DNA of 32,000 nt from Bifidobacterium longum subsp. longum JCM 1217. Its GTDB lineage: Bacteria; Actinomycetota; Actinomycetes; Actinomycetales; Bifidobacteriaceae. How positions within the stretch are numbered: the first letter of the stretch is position 1; every line of letters starts with the position of its first letter. The position numbers and the translations under genes are program-made. The stretch spans positions 270,001 through 302,000 of the forward strand of contig NC_015067.1 in the NCBI RefSeq assembly GCF_000196555.1, given 5' to 3'. The notes beneath the pieces are model-generated. The model was not told where the DNA came from and made no database searches. It saw only the letters and a program-made list of their open reading frames with translations. Below, in pieces: positions 28,352 through 32,000 of this stretch.

Positions 28352-28657
28352 ATGGCCATGCCAACATTTTCACGCGAAGAAATCGTGCATTTGGGCGATC
28401 TGGCCCGAATCGCGCTCACCGATGAGGAAATCACCCGTCTGCAGGGCGAACTGAACGTCATCGCAGACTCCATCAACAAGGTCCAGGAAGTCGCCTCCGA
28501 CGATGTGCCGCCGACCGCCAACCCGGTTCCGCTGGAAGCCTACCTGCGCCCGGACGTCGCCGAAACCCCGCTCACGCAGGAAGAGGCGCTCGCCGGTGGC
28601 CCGAAGACCGAGGCCGGCATGTTCGTGGCACCGCGAATCCTGGGAAGCGAGGAGTAA
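28352..28657 (+). CDS. gatC: Asp/Glu-tRNA amidotransferase subunit C (start 28352 or 28358)
   Basis: (MA)[35 protein letters not shown]... is a typical GatC of ~99-101 aa. The upstream 90 codons of the ORF-track entry overlap trmH-like coding sequence and intergenic DNA. Confidence 0.9.
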   Translation: MAMPTFSREEIVHLGDLARIALTDEEITRLQGELNVIADSINKVQEVASDDVPPTANPVPLEAYLRPDVAETPLTQEEALAGGPKTEAGMFVAPRILGSEE

Positions 28658-28660
28658 TCG

Positions 28661-30202
28661 ATGAGCAACGAAACCGCAACTCTCGTCAAACTGTCTGCTG
28701 CCGAGCAGGCCGCTGCCGTCAAGAAGGGCGACGTCACCTCTCGCGAGCTCGTCGAAGCCCACCTCAAGGTGATCGAGGCTGCCGAGCCGTCCATCAAGGC
28801 CTTCCTGAAGGTTTCCGGCGATGTGGCTCTCGAGCAGGCCGACGCCTTCGACGCCAAGTCCGCCGAAGACAAGGCCGCCCTGCCTGAGCTGGCTGGTGTG
28901 CCGATTGCCATCAAGGACATGATCGTCACCAAGGGCATCGAAACCACCGCCGCCTCCAAGATCCTCGAGGGCTGGGTGCCGCCGTACGACGCCACCGTCA
29001 TCGAAAAGCTCAAGGCCGCCGGCATGCCGATTCTCGGCAAGACCAACCTCGACGAATTCGCCCAGGGGTCCTCCACCGAGCACTCCGCCTACCAGACCAC
29101 CCACAACCCGTGGGATACCGAGCGCGTGCCCGGCGGTTCCGGTGGTGGCTCCGCCTCCGCAGTCGCCGCATTCGAGGCACCGATCGCCCTCGGCACCGAC
29201 ACTGGTGGCTCGATTCGCCAGCCCGGCGCCCTGACCGGCACCGTGGGCGTCAAACCCACCTACGGCGGCGTCTCCCGTTTCGGAGCCATCGCCATGGCCT
29301 CCTCGCTCGACCAGATCGGCCCGGTCTCCCGCACCGTGCTCGACTCCGCACTGCTGCAGGAGATCATCGGTGGCCACGACAAGCGTGACTCCACCTCCAT
29401 CCCCGAAGGCCCGCGCCCGATGGTCGCCGCCGCCCGCGAAGGCGCCAAGCGCGATCTGAAGGGTATGAAGGTCGGCCTCATCAAGGAACTCGGCGGCGAC
29501 GGCTTCCAGCCCGGCGTCGAGGCCCGCTTCAACGAGGCCGTCGACAAGCTCAAGGAGATGGGTGCCGAGGTCGTTGAGGTCTCGGTCCCGCACATCGGCT
29601 ACTCGCTAGGCGCTTACTACATCATCATGCCGTCCGAGGTCAGCTCCAACCTGGCCCGTTACGATGGCATGCGCTACGGCCTGCGCGTGATGCCGCCGAC
29701 CGGCGTGCCGCAGACCGCCGCCAACATGATGGCCTACACCCGTGAAGCCGGCTTCGGCGACGAGGTCAAGCGCCGTATCATCCTCGGCACCTACGCCCTG
29801 TCCGCCGGCTACTACGACGCCTGGTACGGCTCGGCCCAGAAGGTCCGCACGCTGATTATCGAAGACTTCAAGAAGGCCTTCGAACAGGTCGACGTGCTCG
29901 TGGCCCCCACCAGCCCGTCCACCGCCTTCAAGTTCGGCGAGAAGATGGACGACCCGCTGGCCATGTACATGAACGACATCGCCACCATTCCGGCCAACCT
30001 CGCCGGCGTGCCTGCCATGTCCATCCCGGCCGGCCTGTCCGACGACGGCCTGCCCGTCGGCTTCCAGTTCATCGCCCCGCAGCAGCGCGACGAAGTCATG
30101 TACAAGCCGGCCGCGGCCCTCGAAGCCGCGCTGGAAGACAGCTGGAACGGCCCGATCTGGAACGACCTCAAGACCCCGTGGCTTGACGGTCTGGGCAAGT
30201 GA
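28661..30202 (+). CDS. gatA: Asp/Glu-tRNA amidotransferase subunit A
   Basis: RBS gaggag. Amidase signature present ([26 protein letters not shown]). 513 aa. Confidence 0.96.
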
Positions 30203-30227
30203 GCATCGGAAGGAAAGAAACAACATC

Positions 30228-31727
30228 ATGGCTGAAAAACTGATGAAGTACGCCGATGCCACCAAGAAGTACGATGTGGTCTTCGGTCTGGAAACCCACG
30301 TGGAGCTGTCCACGAACACCAAGCTGTTCTGCCCGGCCCACATCGAGTTCGGTGGCGAGCCGAACACCGAGCTGACCCCGGTGAGCCTTGGCCTGCCGGG
30401 CTCTCTGCCGGTGATCAACAAGACCGCCGTCGATTACGCCATCAAGCTGGGTCTGGCCCTGCACTGCGAAATCGCCGAGTGGAGCCAGTTCGCCCGTAAG
30501 AACTACTTCTACCCGGACATGCCGCGCGACTACCAGATCTCGCAGTACGACAAGCCCACCAACGGCAACGGCTACCTGGACGTCGAGCTGGAAGACGGCA
30601 CCGTGTTCCGCGTGCCGATCGAGCGCGCGCACATCGAGGACGACGCCGGCAAGAACACCCACGTGGGTGGCGCCGACGGCCGTATCGAAGGTGCCGACCA
30701 CTCGCTGGTCGACTACAACCGTGCCGGTGTGCCGCTGATTGAGATCGTCACCAAGCCGATCGAGGGGGCGGGCGACCGCGCTCCCGAAATCGCCGGTGCC
30801 TATGTGCGCGCCATCCGCGACATCGTGCGCGCGTTGAACATCTCCCACGCTCGTATGGAGCAGGGCAACATGCGCGCTGACGTGAACGTCTCGTTGCGCC
30901 CGAGCCCGGACGCTCCGTACGGCACCCGTTCCGAGACCAAGAATGTGAACTCGTTCCGCGGCATCGAGAAGACCATCCAGTACGAGATTCGCCGTCAGGC
31001 CGCTCGTCTGGACGACGGCAAGGAGATTCTGCAGGAGACCCGCCACTGGGATGAGGCTACGCAGACCACCGCTGGCGGCCGTCTGAAGTCCGATGCCGAC
31101 GACTACCGCTACTTCCCGGACCCCGACCTCGTCATGCTCCACATCACCAAGGAGCACATCGAGGAGATGAAGGCCCAGATGCCGGAAATGCCGCGCGAGC
31201 GCCGCAACCGCCTCAAGTCCGAGTGGGGCCTGAGTGATCTGCAGATGCGCGACATCCTCAACGCCGACGCCCTCGACCTGATTGAGGAAACCGTCAAGGC
31301 CGGTGCCAAGGCTGCCGGTGCCCGCAAGTGGTGGCTGGGCGAGCTTTCCCGCGAAGCCAACGCCAAGGGTGTGTCCCTCGAAGAGCTGCCGATCACCCCG
31401 GCCGATGTGGCCGAGGTCGAGAAGCTCATCGCCTCCGGCAAGCTCAACGACAAGCTCGCCAAGCAGACCGTCGAAGGCGTGCTTAAGGGCGAAGGCACTC
31501 CGGATGAAGTCGTCAAGAAGCACGACTACAAGATCGTCGAAGACAACGGTGCCATCGAGGCGGCCGTCGACGCGGCGTTCGAAGCCAACCCGGACGTTGT
31601 CGAGAAGCTCAAGAGCGGCAACATGAAGCCGATGGGTGTAATCATCGGTGCCGTGATGAAGGCCACGCGCGGTCAGGCCGACGCCAAGGCCGTCACCAAG
31701 GTCGTCATGGGCAAGATCAAGGGCTGA
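30228..31727 (+). CDS. gatB: Asp/Glu-tRNA amidotransferase subunit B
   Basis: The ATG at 30228 ([27 protein letters not shown]) gives 499 aa with a typical GatB N-terminus. ggaagga lies upstream. The ORF-track start at 30183 overlaps the gatA end. Confidence 0.95.
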
Positions 31728-31739
31728 TTAGATTCACTG

Positions 31740-31844
31740 GCTCCCGCTGGTGGGAGCTGTCGAACGGAGTGAGACTGAGGGTGGTCGCCATGTACGGATG
31801 ACCACCCTCAGTCCGCTTCGCGGACAGCTCCCGCCAGCGGGAGC
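31740..31844. repeat. ~105-bp nested-palindrome intergenic repeat (REP/MITE-like), well-preserved copy
   Basis: gctcccgctggtgggagctgtc-gaacggagtgag-actgagggtggtc-gccatgtacggat-gaccaccctcagt-ccgcttcgcg-gacagctcccgccagcgggagc. It starts 13 nt after the gatB stop. Confidence 0.85.
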
Positions 31845-31883
31845 ACTTATTTGTAGGGAAATTCTCCAGTTCAAATCCGTTAG

Positions 31884-31904
31884 ACAGCTCCCGCCAGCGG
31901 GAGC
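31884..31904. repeat. Solo terminal arm of the same repeat family
   Basis: acagctcccgccagcgggagc is identical to 31824-31844 and near-identical to 4000-4020. It is itself a 7-bp-stem hairpin (gctcccg-ccag-cgggagc). Confidence 0.8.
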
Positions 31905-32000
31905 CTTTATTGATTCTGTAAGAAAGTCGACTCAGAGCATTTCCAGCGTTCACCCAGTCGAGTAAGATATGTTCGGCACTGGACCGTGAGCCGAAACAAG

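Noticed and set aside
31740-31904. Three copies of cagctcccgccagcgggagc in the window raised the possibility of a CRISPR-like array.
   Set aside because: The copies are in mixed orientation as arms of a larger palindrome and are irregularly spaced. Only two are adjacent, and there are no cas genes or leader.

Overview
This is a GC-rich actinobacterial chromosome segment. The proteins look like Bifidobacterium longum, judged by recognition only because no search could be run.

Bases 1-14.1 kb are an accessory plant-glycan locus. It encodes two CUT1-type ABC sugar permeases and a cytoplasmic GH127 beta-L-arabinofuranosidase (HypBA1-like, DUF1680 fold, Cys/Zn active site). These are followed by two very large secreted, sortase-anchored multidomain glycosidases: a GH121 beta-L-arabinobiosidase (HypBA2-like, 1943 aa) and a GH43 alpha-L-arabinofuranosidase (HypAA-like). 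Each has its own terminator. This is the only real 'system' in the window. As far as I recall it matches the extensin (hydroxyproline-linked beta-L-arabinooligosaccharide) degradation locus characterised in B. longum JCM 1217.

The remaining 18 kb is mostly core genome:
- yggS, prs and a small membrane protein
- the rpsF-ssb-rpsR-rplI operon and tRNA-Lys(CTT)
- ptsH-ptsI and a MIP channel
- a divergent copA-like P1B ATPase / csoR pair with a clear CsoR-type operator
- rmuC, translationally coupled to a degenerate PRTase-like gene
- a SpoU/TrmH-family methyltransferase and gatCAB

Observations most worth a second look:
1. The hyp locus itself and its unusual cysteine glycosidase.
2. The Cu(I)-type P1B ATPase appears to lack the whole nucleotide-binding (N) domain. 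It carries an N-terminal cupredoxin-like domain and a C-terminal YHS/TRASH-like domain instead of HMA domains.
3. A family of ~105-bp nested-palindrome intergenic repeats sits at two operon ends and generates fake small ORFs.
4. The rmuC/PRTase-like overlapping gene pair.
5. Candidate regulatory elements lie upstream of hypBA2 and rpsF.

No CRISPR array, transposase, integrase or prophage gene was seen. All hairpin, promoter and motif coordinates were read by eye and carry +/- a few nt of uncertainty.
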